Shown here: piece by piece, positions 36,909 through 51,300 of the stretch
Position numbering within the stretch: the stretch's first letter is position 1
Layout: every line of letters begins with the position of its first letter
Assembly (NCBI RefSeq): GCF_964355755.1
Contig: NC_092673.1
Location: 10,574,948 to 10,638,947, forward strand
Length of the DNA: 64,000 nt
Origin: Antedon mediterranea
Lineage: Eukaryota > Animalia > Echinodermata
Direction: 5' to 3'
Made by a program: the position numbers and the translations under genes
The notes under the pieces: model-generated
Told to the model about the DNA's origin: nothing
The model's database searches: none
The model's input: the letters and a program-made list of their open reading frames with translations, nothing else

Positions 36909-38038
36909 ATCAAATTACATCTGGGTTTATACTTTAAAGTATACACATCAACTTAACTTAACTGATAGATGGTACCCTTGAGACATGCATACCCTAAACA
37001 GCCTACTGACCTCTGTTACCATAGCAACATTCCAGTTTCAGTAGCATACCTCTGTATACCTTGTACTCTATTAACAAGGTCACTAACTCAGTGCAGGGGG
37101 ATATGGGACTATCATATACCTATGCTTATAATATTATAATAATGTATGTTTACAGTTCCAAAAGTTACTAGTTAACATAGAGAATTACAATACGTTATAG
37201 TCCCTATCATAGGATATGTATAATAAATAATCACAAAATAGCTTCAAATCGCATTTGGAGACGTTTAAACATCAAATTGTACAAAATAGCTTCAAATCGC
37301 ATTTGGAGACGTTTTAGACCATTTTGAGCATTTCGATAAAACTTTTCACACAAAAACATCAAAGTGCAAAAAAAAATAGCTTAATATCGTATTTGGAAAC
37401 GTTTTAGACCATTTTGAACATTTCGACAAAACTTTTTCACACAAAACATCAAATTTGACAGTGTATTGACGCGCTGAATGTGTGGCAACTCGGGCAGCTG
37501 AGGAAGGGATTGTTTTCCTCTTGAATTGTGTTTTCACTCTTAATTTTTATGCGTTGATTTTTCTGTGTTACCTGTTTATTTATAGTGGCGTACCATTTGT
37601 GTTAATTTTGAATTATTATTGGCATTCTGGTGTAATTATACCGAGCCGGTACCTAGCCCTGACTCGCTCCGCTCAACAGCAAAGCAGGGGACAATAGTAC
37701 AGTTCTCGGTACCATATTGTTCCAGCAAAATTCACATACTCGGCCTAAGCAGTTCACTCATCGACTCGCCTGAGGTATTACGTAACCAACTTTCCAGAGG
37801 GAGGGGATCTGCTGTTTATACTATGCGGTGCTGAACTGTCTGTATCCAGTCTATTGTAGTCAGTGTTCCCGGTACGGTGTTGTTTGGTGATTGGTTTCGT
37901 GACTGTGTTTGGTGAATCGTCTGTATTATTAGTACTGTATTAATCTTGGTGTGTTTCTTTGGATTATACTGCAGTCTTTTTCCGTTGATTGATATTATTT
38001 GTGGTACGGAAGTTTGAGTCGACATAGCGTTTATCAAC

Positions 38039-40105
38039 ATGTGTCTCACTAGAAGCGAGTTTTATAGAATTGGACAACTGAACTTAGCAGTTCCTACCAA
38101 AGATGTTTTTATGAGAATCAATGAGCTTGGAATAGCATCAACCAAGCCCCGCGGATATCGTGCCGGAAAAAGAAAACAGAGAAAAATAAAGGTTAGAATT
38201 ACACCACGTAGAACTAGAAACGGGGAACACCGATCGTCGCAAAGTCATTGTAGAACGATTAAGCAAGATAATCTAGTTGAACTCTCTAATGGGAAATGGA
38301 CTCTTCCCTCTTTATTTATGACAAATGCTCGATCTCTAAATAATAAAATGGATGAACTGGCTACACGCGTTAGGAAATCTAAACCTGTCGTGATTGCAAT
38401 TACCGAGACTCACTTAAATCCCGCGTTTCCTGACAAGTTGATAGAGTTAGAGGGATACTCGATGGTGCGACGTGATAGGCAAAATCACAGCGGCGGAGGG
38501 ATCATCATGTATGTTCGTGAAGACCTATCTTATCGTGTTTGGTCTGAACTTAATAACGAATCACTGGAAAGTGTGTGGATAACAACCCGACCAAAACGTT
38601 TGCCACGTCAATATTCGAACATCTCTTACGGCCTTATCTATCACCCGGAGAGTTCTGTAAATAATGATTGGGAAATGGCGTCTAACATTACACAGAGTTT
38701 AGATTATATTTTTAGTAAACATCCGGAATCAGGAATAATCGTCACAGGAGACTTTCATTTAATTTCATTTCATTATTTATTTGGTCTATTTAAGTATATA
38801 CAAAACAAAAAAAAATGAAATTGGGGAGACCAGGGTCAACCTAAGTGAGCTTAATCACTGTAGCTGAGCCGGTTGACCCAACCCCAAAGTCAGTTACAGC
38901 GAATCAAAATGAATATGAACTTTTCTAATGAAGGCTGATGGGCTTTCTAGGACTGCAGCATCTGTCAACGGTCTGGGAAGCTGGTCCCAGACACGGGGTA
39001 ACCTGATTGCTATAGAATGGAAAAAAGCCTGTGTCCTTGATGCTTGATGTCTGAAGCACAAGCGATCATTGTGACGAGTATTTATTAAAATACAGTTATG
39101 AACTGTGCTGCAGTCCAGAAACCCCACCAGAACCTTAAAACAAAATATAATAAGAAATTTATCTCTTCTAACAGACAAAGATGAAACTGAAAGCAAATTT
39201 AACCTCTCCTCAAAGCACATCTGTCCACGATGCTGTTTGAGAGCAAGACGAGTTGCTCTCCTATGGACCCCCTCAAGCTGATCTGACAAAGACTTCGTCC
39301 ATGGAAACCAAGCAGGTTGAGAGACCGAATGAGAGACAACCTTATTGTTAAGTATCCCTTAAAACAGATCGTTAAAGTTTCAACTAGGGATCGCGCATCA
39401 CTTGATTTAATATATACTAATATGAGCGATGTTTTTAATGCACCTACTAAAGAATCACCTTTAGGACTGTCTGATCACAACGTCATTGTATGCACCCCAA
39501 TCGTAGGAACATTTAAGTCGCCTAACGTCTTCGCTTACCATACAAAACGTAGCTGTGAACCGGGTGCCAAGAAAAACTTCGAACGCGACATTAATAACAT
39601 TAGATGGCAAGATCTATATCGAATGGATGGATGCTGTAACCAGTTTGAACTGTATCATAAGAACATTTCTGAACTCTTAAATTTACACTTCCCCCAAGTA
39701 ACGATTAAAAGACTTCTTAAAGATAAGCCATGGGTAAATAATGCGTTTAAAGGTATCGTTTCTAGACGGCAAGCAGCTTTTGCAATTGACCCCATGTCTG
39801 CCGAATATAAGAAACTTAGAAATGTATCTAACCGAATGGCTAAATCTTTGAGAGGTGATTTTTATCGTAATAGTATTGCCCAGTTATTCTCGTCCGATTC
39901 TAAATCTTGGTGGAGGGGTATTAAACAATTTCTTAATCTCGACAAGGGTACTAAGTACTTTAAAACTATGGCTAATGACTTATGTAACGGTACAATCGTG
40001 GTAAGAACGTATACGATCTTACCACGAAAGTTAGTGGTTTTTTCCAGTCCCTTACTTCTGAGTTCAAACCCCTTGAACCAAAAACCAATGATAGTAACAC
40101 TGTAG
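38039..40105 (+). pseudogene. LINE APE endonuclease and linker, split by an antisense insertion
   Basis: RGYRAGKRK leader, TNARSLNNKMDEL, ITETHL and GDF | ...LDLIYTN, LSDH, KPWVN. Confidence 0.92.
38756..39323 (-). mobile_element. 5'-truncated CR1-type LINE inserted antisense in the endonuclease gene
   Basis: LEGVHRRATRL...FEERLNLL..SSLSVRR C-terminal motif, a long 3' UTR hairpin at 38821-38887, AATAAA and a (TGAAA)n tail. Confidence 0.88.
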
Positions 40106-40158
40106 TTCCACCCCATTTAAATATCACGCCAGAGACAATTGAGTCTAAGCTTAAACTT

Positions 40159-41325
40159 GTGAAATGTAATAAAGCCCCAGGCCCGGATGGAATCTCTCCG
40201 TGGGTACTACGTGATTTTGCCAATGTCCTTTCCAAGCCAATAAGTGCTATAGTTAACTCCAGTTTAAGGGAAGGGGTTCTCCCCATGCTTTGGAAGTCAT
40301 CCGATATAATCCCCATTCCAAAGGTTAACCCACCTAAGGTTCTTGAAAATGACTTGCGTCCTATTTCGCTGACTTCCACCACCATGAAAGTTATTGAAGG
40401 GATCGTAGGGGAAATGTTTTGGGTCCAAATTAAAGATAAAATCAAGTTGAATCAATTTGGTTGCTCTAAGGGTGTGTCTACCACTGACGCTCTTATAAAT
40501 TTGTTAACCGAATGCTTTACTGCTACTGACCAAGAAGATGAAATGAGATTATTATTGCTTGATTTCAAAAAGGCTTATGATTTAATTGACCATAATATAT
40601 TAATTGATAAGTTGTATAATTTAGGGGTCGAAGACCATCTAATCTCTTGGATCTATGCTTTTCTATGTGATAGAAAACAACGTGTTAAACTAGGCGACGA
40701 ATTGTCCCCTTGGACAGTCGTTAAGGGCCGTATCCCCCAGGGATCCTGGTTGGGGCCCATGTTGTTTATCATCTTTGTCGACAATCTTCTGGATGGGGTG
40801 CCGTGCATGAAATACATGGACGACACCTTCATACATGAACGCGTCGGCAAAGATGGGGCAACTGTACTCCAAACCACTCTTGACGAAACTGTCCAGTGGG
40901 CTAAGGATAACAATATGTCCCTTAATATTAAGAAAACGAAAGAGATGAGAATTAGTTGTAAAAGGTCAAAGACTGCTTTTGAGCCACTTCATGTTGGAGA
41001 TTGTAATCTGGAACGTGTTGACGAATTTAAACTCCTTTGTGTAATTATTTCTCATAATTTGTCATGGCAACCTCATATTGACAAAATGATTAGTAAATGT
41101 AATTCTAGAATGTACTTTCTCAAACAGGTGCGAAGGGCAGGCCTGGATGCCCCCGCACTTGTCCAATTTTATACTAGTATCATTAGACCAATATTAGAAT
41201 ATGCGGCCCCAGTTTGGGGATCAAATATTACAAACTAACAGAGTCAACAACTTGAACAAATTTAGAGAAGGGCCTTTAAATGTATTTTTCCGCATGCTAC
41301 TTATTCCGATGCCCGCAGCTTCCTT
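40159..41325 (+). pseudogene. LINE reverse transcriptase
   Basis: KAPGPDGI, LRPISLTS, QFG, DFKKAYDLIDH, PQGSWLGPMLF, KYMDD and IRPILEYAAPVW; frameshift upstream and stops after 41236. Confidence 0.95.
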
Positions 41326-42309
41326 AAGGCCAACTCAGACAGCGTCGTACGACGAGGCCCGACGAGACGTCTTGTCTGGGCTTGACTCGTCCGTGCTGTC
41401 TGAGTTGAATCCAGACGAGACGGGTCGTCGTGAGGTAGCGTCGGGGGTAGTTTTAGGTCGTCGTGAGCATATTAAACATGTTTAATTTTCACCCGACGGG
41501 ACGACTGGTTTGTTGGGTATTGATCAATCACAGGCGTTTAAATTATGACGGCAGGTCACGAGGAAAAGTTTTTATCGAAGAGCGCGAAGAAGTATGTGCT
41601 TCGCGGGGATTATTTCCATCATCATGGCGGTCAGTGGTGGTGGTGCACGTGAAGAAGATTTATGGTCAGAAGAGGCCGAGTCTTGCCTTATTGACCTTTG
41701 GAGGAATGAAATTTGCCTATATGACACTACCTCCAAAAAGTATAGCAATCGACAGCTTAGGCAAATAAAAGTAGAAGAATTCGCCGTAATATTAGGAAAA
41801 AGTGGTAAGTCCAACAAATAATATTAATAATAGGCTAGGCCTAGGCTTAAATAAGGCCCCTCCTAGGGTAGGCTAGGCCTAAAATAATAAATATTTACTA
41901 CTAGGCCTAGGCCTAGCCTAGCTAGCCTACTAGGGGCCTAGGGCCTAGGTAGATGGATTGTACCAATTAGTGTACGTAGGCCTAGGCCTATTATTAATTA
42001 TTGCCAAAAATGAATGACCCACACTCGACTCACTAGCCTAAACACTTTCCTGCAACAAGTCCTACTAGCCTAGGCCTAGAATATTATTTAATATTAATTA
42101 ACTAACTAGGCCTAAGCCTAGGCTAGGCCTAGTTAGGCCCCTATGGCATGCTAGTCTCTAGCCTAGGTTTGGCTAATATTAAATATTAAGCTTGGGACTA
42201 GGCCTACCTACTAGACTACTAGGCTCTTTTATTACTATACTGTACTGTACGTAGTGTATGCCCCTAGCCTAGACTAAACTAGGACATTTCATTTTAGAAT
42301 TTTGTTTAG
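41326..42309 (+). mobile_element. One-ended PIF/Harbinger-like DNA transposon fragment
   Basis: Begins TAA-GGCCAACTCAGACAG with subterminal inverted CAACTCAGACAGC/GCTGTCTGAGTTG and carries a MADF/Myb-SANT exon. No second TIR. Confidence 0.7.
41624..41804 (+). CDS. MADF (Myb/SANT-like) DNA-binding domain, first exon
   Basis: WSEEAESCLIDLWRNEICLYDTTSKKYSNR...LG; ATG in good context and a G|GTAAGT donor at 41804/41805. Confidence 0.75.
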
Positions 42310-45300
42310 CAGTTTGGGGATCAAATATTACGAAGCAACAGAGTCAACAACTTGAACAAATTCAGAGAAGGGCCTTTAAATGTATTTTTCCGCATGCTAC
42401 TTATTCCGATGCCCGCAGCTTCCTTGGTTTTTCTACCTTAGAAGACCGCCGTGTTCGACTGTGCAAGGATTGTTTCGTTAAAATCAAAGACCCCAGTCAC
42501 AGATTGGACCATTTGTTACCGGAGGCTCCTTCTGCTGCTTATAATCTTAGAACACTCCGTGAGTTCTGTATCCCTAGAGTTAAAACTAACCGTTCAAAAA
42601 CGTTTATTATTAATCACGGACTATTCCAAAAATGGTAAACATTTAGTGTTATGTTTCCGCGACCTTCCGTACCATTGTGTGTAAATATTTTTGAAAATTT
42701 TTGAAAATTTTTGTAGTTTTTAACTTTTTTTTAAATTTGTAAAAATTTTCAAACATTCTGATGTTTTCAGTTAAACTTGTTTTTAACATTGTGAATATAT
42801 ATTTATTGTTCTTATAATAAGTGATATTTTATTGTAATTTTGTTTTAATATTTTGATTTTATGTTCTACCTTTCTTAATGTCTTTTATATTTTTATATTG
42901 CATTTTATTTTTCTGAGTGAAACGCTTTTGTTAAACTTCAATCTTTCGTTTGATTGCAATAAAGTTCTATTCGTATTCGTATTCGTGTAGCTTCAAATCA
43001 CATTTGGAGACGTTTTCGACCATTTTGAGCATTTCGATAAAACTTTTTCACACAAAACATCAAAATGTACAATTTAGCTTCAAATCGCATTTGGAGACGT
43101 TTTTGACCATTTTGTGCATTTCGATGAAACTTGGTAACACAAAAACATCAAAGTGTTTAAAATCACATTCGAAACCGTTTTAGATAATTTTGAGCATTTC
43201 GACAAAACTTTTTCACACAAAATATCAAATTGTACAAAATAACTTCAAATTGCATTTGGAGACGTTTTAGACCATTTTGAGCATTTCAATAAAACTTTTC
43301 ACACTAAAACATCAAAGTGCACAAAATAGATTAATATCGTATTTAGAAACGTTTTAGGTGATTTTGAGCACTTCGACAAAACTTTTTCACACAAAATATA
43401 AATTGTACAAAATAGCTTCAAATCGAATTTGGAGATGTTTTAGACAATTTTGAGCATTTCGATAAAACTTGGTTACACAAAAACATCAAAGTGCTTAAAA
43501 TCACATTTGAAACCGTTTTAGACCATTTCGAGCATTTCGATAAAACTTTTCACACAAAAACATCAAAGTGCACAAAATAGCTTAATATCGTATTTCGAAA
43601 CATTTTAGACCATTTTGAGCATTTCGATAAAACTTTTTCAAACAAAACATCAAATTGTACGAAATAGTTTCAAATCACATTTGGAGACGTTTAAACATAA
43701 AATTGTACAAAATAGCTTCAAATCGCATTTGGAGACGTTTTAAACTATTTTGAGCATTTCGATAAAACTTTTTTACACAAAACATCAAAATGTACAATTT
43801 AGCTTCAAATCGCATTTCGAGGCGTTTTAGACCATTTTGTGTATTTCGATGAAACTTGGTTACACAAAAACATTAAAGTTCTTAAAATCACATTTGTAAC
43901 CGTTTTAGACCATTTTGAGCATTTCGATAAACCTTTTCACACAAAAACATCAAAGTGCAAAAAATAGCTTAATATCGTATTTGGAAACGTTTTAGACCAT
44001 TTTGAACATTTCGACAAAACTTATTCACACAAAATATCAAATTGTACAACATAGCTTCAAATCGCATTTGGAGACGTTTTAGACCATTTTGAGCATTGCA
44101 ATAAATCTTTTCACACTAAAACAACAAAGTGCAAAAATAGATTAATATCGTATTTAGAAACGTTTTAGACCATTTTGAGCATTTCGACCAAACTTTTTTA
44201 CACAAAATATAAAATTGTACAAAATAGCTTCAAATTGCATTTTGAGACGTTTTTGACCATTTTGTGCATTTCGATGAAACTTGGTTACACAAAAACATCT
44301 AAGTGTTTAAAATCGTATTTGAAACCGTTTTAGATCATTTTGAGCATTTCGATAAAACTTTTCACACAAAAACATCAAAGTGCACAAAATAGCTTCAAAT
44401 CGCATTTGGAGACGTTTTAGACCATTTTGAGCATTTCAATAAAACTTTTCAAACTAAAACATCAAAGTGCACAAAATTGATTAATATCGTATTTCGAAAC
44501 GTTTTAGACCATTTTGAGCATTTCGATAAAACTTTTTCACACAAAACATCAAATTGTACGAAATAGCTTCCAATCGCATTTGGAGAGGTTAAAACATCAA
44601 ATTGTACAAAATAGCTTCAAATCGCATTAGGAGACGTTTTAAACTATTTTGAGCATTTCGATAAAACTTTTTTACACAAAACATCAAAATGTACAATTTA
44701 GCTTCAAATCGCATTTCGAGGCGTTTTAGACCATTTTGTGTATTTCGATGAAACTTGGTTACACAAAAACATTAAAGTTCTTAAAATCACATTTGTAACC
44801 GTTTTAGACCATTTTGAGCATTTCGATAAACCTTTTCACACAAAAACATCAAAGTGCAAAAAATAGCTTAATATCGTATTTGGAAACGTTTTAGACCATT
44901 TTGAACATTTCGACAAAACTTATTCACACAAAATATCAAATTGTACAACATAGCTTCAAATCGCATTTGGAGACGTTTTAGACCATTTTGAGCATTGCAA
45001 TAAATCTTTTCACACTAAAACAACAAAGTGCAAAAATAGATTAATATCGTATTTAGAAACGTTTTAGACCATTTTGAGCATTTCGACAAAACTTTTTTAC
45101 ACAAAATATAAAATTGTACAAAATAGCTTCAAATCGCATTTTGAGACGTTTTTGACCATTTTGTGCATTTCGATGAAACTTGGTTACACAAAAACATCTA
45201 AGTGTTTAAAATCGTATTTGAAACCGTTTTAGATCATTTTGAGCATTTCGATAAAACTTTTCACACAAAAACATCAAAGTGCACAAAATAGCTTCAAATC

Positions 45301-48300
45301 GCATTTGGAGACGTTTTAGACCATTTTGAGCATTTCAATAAAACTTTTCAAACTAAAACATCAAAGTGCACAAAATTGATTAATATCGTATTTCGAAACG
45401 TTTTAGACCATTTTGAGCATTTCGATAAAACTTTTTCACACAAAACATCAAATTGTACGAAATAGCTTCCAATCGCATTTGGAGAGGTTAAAACATCAAA
45501 TTGTACAAAATAGCTTCAAATCGCATTAGGAGACGTTTTAAACTATTTTGAGCATTTCGATAAAACTTTTTTACACAAAACATCAAAATGTACAATTTAG
45601 CTTCAAATCGCATTTCGAGGCGTTTTAGACCATTTTGTGTATTTCGATGAAACTTGGTTACACAAAAACATTAAAGTTCTTAAAATCACATTTGTAACCG
45701 TTTTAGACCATTTTGAGCATTTCGATAAACCTTTTCACACAAAAACATCAAAGTGCAAAAAATAGCTTAATATCGTATTTGGAAACGTTTTAGACCGTTT
45801 TGAACATTTCGACAAAACTTTTTCACACAAAATATCAAATTGTACAACATAGCTTCAAATCGCATTTGGAGACGTTTTAGACCATTTTGAGCATTGCAAT
45901 AAATCTTTTCACACTAAAACAACAAAGTGCAAAAATAGATTAATATCGTATTTAGAAACGTTTTAGACCATTTTGAGCATTTCGACAAAACTTTTTTACA
46001 CAAAATATAAAATTGTACAAAATAGCTTCAAATCGCATTTTGAGACGTTTTTGACCATTTTGTGCATTTCGATGAAACTTGGTTACACAAAAACATCTAA
46101 GTGTTTAAAATCGTATTTGAAACCGTTTTAGATCATTTTGAGCATTTCGATAAAACTTTTCACACAAAAACATCAAAGTGCACAAAATAGCTTCAAATCG
46201 CATTTGGAGACGTTTTAGACCATTTTGAGCATTTCAATAAAACTTTTCAAACTAAAACATCAAAGTGCACAAAATTGATTAATATCGTATTTCGAAACGT
46301 TTTAGACCATTTTGAGCATTTCGATAAAACTTTTCACACAAAAACATCAAAGTGCACAAAATAGCTTCAAATCGCATTTGGAGACGTTTAAGACCATTTT
46401 GAGCATTTCAATAAAACTTTTCAAACTAAAACATCAAAGTGCACAAAATTGATTAATATCGTATTTCGAAACGTTTTAAACCATTTTGAGCATTTCGATA
46501 AAACTTTTTCACACAAAACATCAAATTGTACGAAATAGCTTCCAATCGCATTTGGAGACGTTAAAACATCAAATTGTACAAAATAGCTTCAAATCGCATT
46601 AGGAGACGTTTTAAACTATTTTTAGCATTTCGATAAAACTTTTTTACACAAAACATCAAAATGTACAATTTAGCTTCAAATAGCATTTCGAGGCGTTTTA
46701 GACCATTTTGTGTATTTCGATGAAACTTGGTTACACAAAAACATTAAAGTTCTTAAAATCACATTTGTAACCGTTTTAGACCATTTTGAGCATTTCGATA
46801 AACCTTTTCACACAAAAACATCAAAGTGCAAAAAATAGCTTAATATCGTATTTGGAAACGTTTTAGACCGTTTTAAACATTTCGACAAAACTTTTTCACA
46901 CAAAATATCAAATTGTACGAAATAGCTTCCAATCGCATTTGGAGACGTTAAAACATCAAATTGTACAAAATAGCTTCAAATCGCATTAGGAGACGTTTTA
47001 AACTATTTTGAGCATTTCGATAAAACTTTTTTACACAAAACATCAAAATGTACAATTTAGCTTCAAATCGCATTTCGAGGCGTTTTAGACCATTTTGTGT
47101 ATTTTGATGAAACTTGGTTACACAAAAACATTAAAGTTCTTAAAATCACATTTGTAACCGTTTTAGACCATTTTGAGCATTTCGATAAACCTTTTCACAT
47201 AAAAACATCAAAGTGCAAAAAATAGCTTAATATCGTATTTGGAAACGTTTTAGACCGTTTTGAACATTTCGACAAAACTTTTTCACACAAAATATCAAAT
47301 TGTACAACATAGCTTCAAATCGCATTTGGAGACGTTTTAGACCATTTTGAGCATTGCAATAAATCTTTTCACACTAAAACAACAAAGTGCAAAAATAGAT
47401 TAATATCGTATCTAGAAACGTTTTAGACCCTTTTGAGCATTTCGACAAAACTTTTTTACACAAAATATAAAATTGTACAAAATAGCTTCAAATCGCATTT
47501 TGAGACGTTTTTGACCATTTTGTGCATTTCGATGAAACTTGGTTACACAAAAACATCTAAGTGTTTAAAATCGTATTTGAAACCGTTTTAGATCATTTTG
47601 AGCATTTCGATAAAACTTTTCACACAAAAACATCAAAGTGCACAAAATAGCTTCAAATCGCATTTGGAGACGTTTTAGACCATTTTGAGCATTTCAATAA
47701 AACTTTTCAAACTAAAACATCAAAGTGCACAAAATTGATTAATATCGTATTTCGAAACGTTTTAGACCATTTTGAGCATTTCGATAAAACTTTTTCACAC
47801 AAAACATCAAATTGTACGAAATAGCTTCCAATCGCATTTGGAGACGTTAAAACATCAAATTGTACAAAATAGCTTCAAATCGCATTTGGACACGTTTTAG
47901 ACCATTTTGAGTATTTCGACAAAACTTTTTTACACAAAACATCAAATTGTACAACATAGCTTCAAATCGCATTTGGAGACGTTTTAGACCATTTTGAGCA
48001 TTGCAATAAATCTTTTCACACTAAAAAAAAAAGTGCAAAAATAGATTAATATCGTATTTAGAAACGTTTTAGACCATTTTGAGCATTTCGACAAAACTTT
48101 TTTACACAAAATATAAAATTGTACAAAATAGCTTCAAATCGCATTTTGAGACGTTTTTGACCATTTTGTGCATTTCGATGAAACTTGGTTACACAAAAAC
48201 ATCAAAGTGTTTAAAATCGTATTTGAAACCGTTTTAGATCATTTTGAGCATTTCGATAAAACTTTTCACACAAAAACATCAAAGTGCACAAAATAGCTTC

Positions 48301-51300
48301 AAATCGCATTTGGAGACGTTTTAGACCATTTTGAGCATTTCAATAAAACTTTTCAAACTAAAACATCAAAGTGCACAAAATTGATTAATATCGTATTTCG
48401 AAACGTTTTAGACCATTTTGAGCATTTCGATAAAACTTTTTCACACAAAACATCAAATTGTACGAAAAAGCTTCCAATCGCATTTGGAGACGTTAAAACA
48501 TCAAATTATACAAAATAGCTTCAAATCGCATTTGGACACGTTTTAGACCATTTTGAGTATTTCGACAAAACTTTTTTACACAAAACATCAAATTGTACAA
48601 CATAGCTTCAAATCGCATGTGGAGACGTTTTAGACCATTTTGAGCATTTCAATAAAACTTTTCACACTAAAACATCAAAGTGCACAAAATAGATTAATAT
48701 CGTATTTAGAAACGTTTTAGACCATTTTGAGCATTTCGATAAAACTTTTCACACAAAAACATCAAAGTGCACAAAATAGCTTCAAATCGCATTTGGAGAC
48801 GTTTTAGACCATTTTGAGCATTTCAATAAAACTTTTCAAACTAAAACATCAAAGTGCACAAAATTGATTAATATCGTATTTCGAAACGTTTTAGACCATT
48901 TTGAGCATTTCGATAAAACTTTTTCACACAAAACATCAAATTGAACGAAATAGCTTCCAATCGCATTTGGAGACGTTAAAACATCAAATTATACAAAATA
49001 GCTTCAAATCGCATTTGGACACGTTTTAGACCATTTTGAGTATTTCGACAAAACTTTTTTACACAAAACATCAAATTGTACAACATAGCTTCAAATCGCA
49101 TGTGGAGACGTTTTAGACCATTTTGAGCATTTCAATAAAACTTTTCACACTAAAACATCAAAGTGCACAAAATAGATTAATATCGTATTTAGAAACGTTT
49201 TAGACCATTTTGAGCATTTCGACAAAACTTTTTTACACAAAATATAAAATTGTACAAAATAGCTTCAAATCGCATTTTGAGACGTTTTTGACCATTTTGT
49301 GCATTTCGATGAAACTTGGTTACACAAAAACATCAAAGTGTTTAAAATCGCATTTGAAACCGTTTTAGATCATTTTGAGCATTTCGATAAAACTTTTCAC
49401 ACAAAAACATCAAAGTGCACAAAATAGCTTCAAATCGCATTTGGAGACGTTTTAGACCATTTTGAGCATTTCAATAAAACTTTTCACACTAAAACATCAA
49501 AGTGCACAAAATTGATTAATATCGTATTTCGAAACGTTTTAGACCATTTTGAGCATTTCGATAAAACTTTTTCACACAAAACATCAAATTGTACGAAAAA
49601 GCTTCCAATCGCATTTGGAGACGTTTAAACATCAAATTGTACAAAATAGCTTCAAATCGCATTTGGACACGTTTTAGACCATTTTGAGTATTTCGATGAA
49701 ACTTGGTTACACAAAAACATCAAAGTGTTTAAAATCGTATTTGAAACCGTTTTAGATCATTTTGAGCATTTCGATTAAACTTTTCACACAAAAACATCAA
49801 AGTGCACAAAATAGCTTCAAATCGCATTTGGAGACGTTTTAGACCATTTCAATAAAACTTTTCAAACTAAAACATCAAAGTGCACAAAATTGATTAATAT
49901 CGTATTTCGAAACGTTTTAGACCATTTTGAGCATTTCGATAAAACTTTTTCACACAAAATATCAAATTGTACGAAAAAGCTTCCAATCGCATTTGGAGAC
50001 GTTAAAACATCAAATTTTACAAAATAGCTTCAAATCGCATTTGGACACGTTTTAGACCATTTTGAGTATTTCGACAAAACTTTTTTACACAAAACATCAA
50101 ATTGTACAACATAGCTTCAAATCGCATGTGGAGACGTTTTAGACCATTTTGAGCATTTCAATAAAACTTTTCACACTAAAACATCAAAGTGCACAAAATA
50201 GATTAATATCGTATTTAGAAACGTTTTAGACCATTTTGAGCATTTCGATAAAACTTTTCACACAAAAACATCAAAGTGCACAAAATAGCTTCAAATCGCA
50301 TTTGGAGACGTTTTAGACCATTTTGAGCATTTCAATAAAACTTTTCAAACTAAAACATCAAAGTGCACAAAATTGATTAATATCGTATTTCGAAACGTTT
50401 TAGACCATTTGGAGCATTTCGATAAAACTTTTTCACACAAAACATCAAATTGTACGAAATAGCTTCCAATCGCATTTGGAGACGTTAAAACATCAAATTA
50501 TACAAAATAGCTTCAAATCGCATTTGGACACGTTTTAGACCATTTTGAGTATTTCGACAAAACTTTTTTACACAAAACATCAATTTGTACAACATAGCTT
50601 CAAATCGCATGTGGAGACGTTTTAGACCATTTTGAGCATTTCAATAAAACTTTTCACACTAAAACATCAAAGTGCACAAAATAGATTAATATCGTATTTA
50701 GAAACGTTTTAGACCATTTTGAGCATTTCGACAAAACTTTTTTACACAAAATATAAAATTGTACAAAATAGCTTCAAATCGCATTTTGAGACGTTTTTGA
50801 CCATTTTGTGCATTTCGATGAAACTTGGTTACACAAAAACATCAAAGTGTTTAAAATCGCATTTGAAACCGTTTTAGATCATTTTGAGCATTTCGATAAA
50901 ACTTTTCACACAAAAACATCAAAGTGCACAAAATAGCTTCAAATCGCATTTGGAGACGTTTTAGACCATTTTGAGCATTTCAATAAAACTTTTCACACTA
51001 AAACATCAAAGTGCACAAAATTGATTAATATCGTATTTCGAAACGTTTTAGACCATTTTGAGCATTTCGATAAAACTTTTTCACACAAAACATCAAATTG
51101 TACGAAAAAGCTTCCAATCGCATTTGGAGACGTTTAAACATCAAATTGTACAAAATAGCTTCAAATCGCATTTGGACACGTTTTAGACCATTTTGAGTAT
51201 TTCGACAAAACCTTTTTACACAAAACATCAAATTGTACAACATAGCTTCAAATCGCATTTGGAGACGTTTTAGACCATTTTGAGCATTTCAATAAAACTT

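Larger units (their letters stand above)
37455..42986 (+). mobile_element. Near full-length single-ORF CR1/L2-group LINE with nested insertions
   Basis: ~580-bp 5' UTR, APE endonuclease, RT, 3' UTR with AATAAA and (TATTCG)n tail, flanked by satellite without an obvious TSD. Confidence 0.92.

Noticed and set aside
36909-37230. Unique sequence between the YR fragment and the satellite
   Set aside because: No ORF, termini or motif I can support; left unannotated.
39862-40913. Minus-strand ORFs over the LINE
   Set aside because: Antisense shadows of the RT/EN frame with no recognisable motifs.
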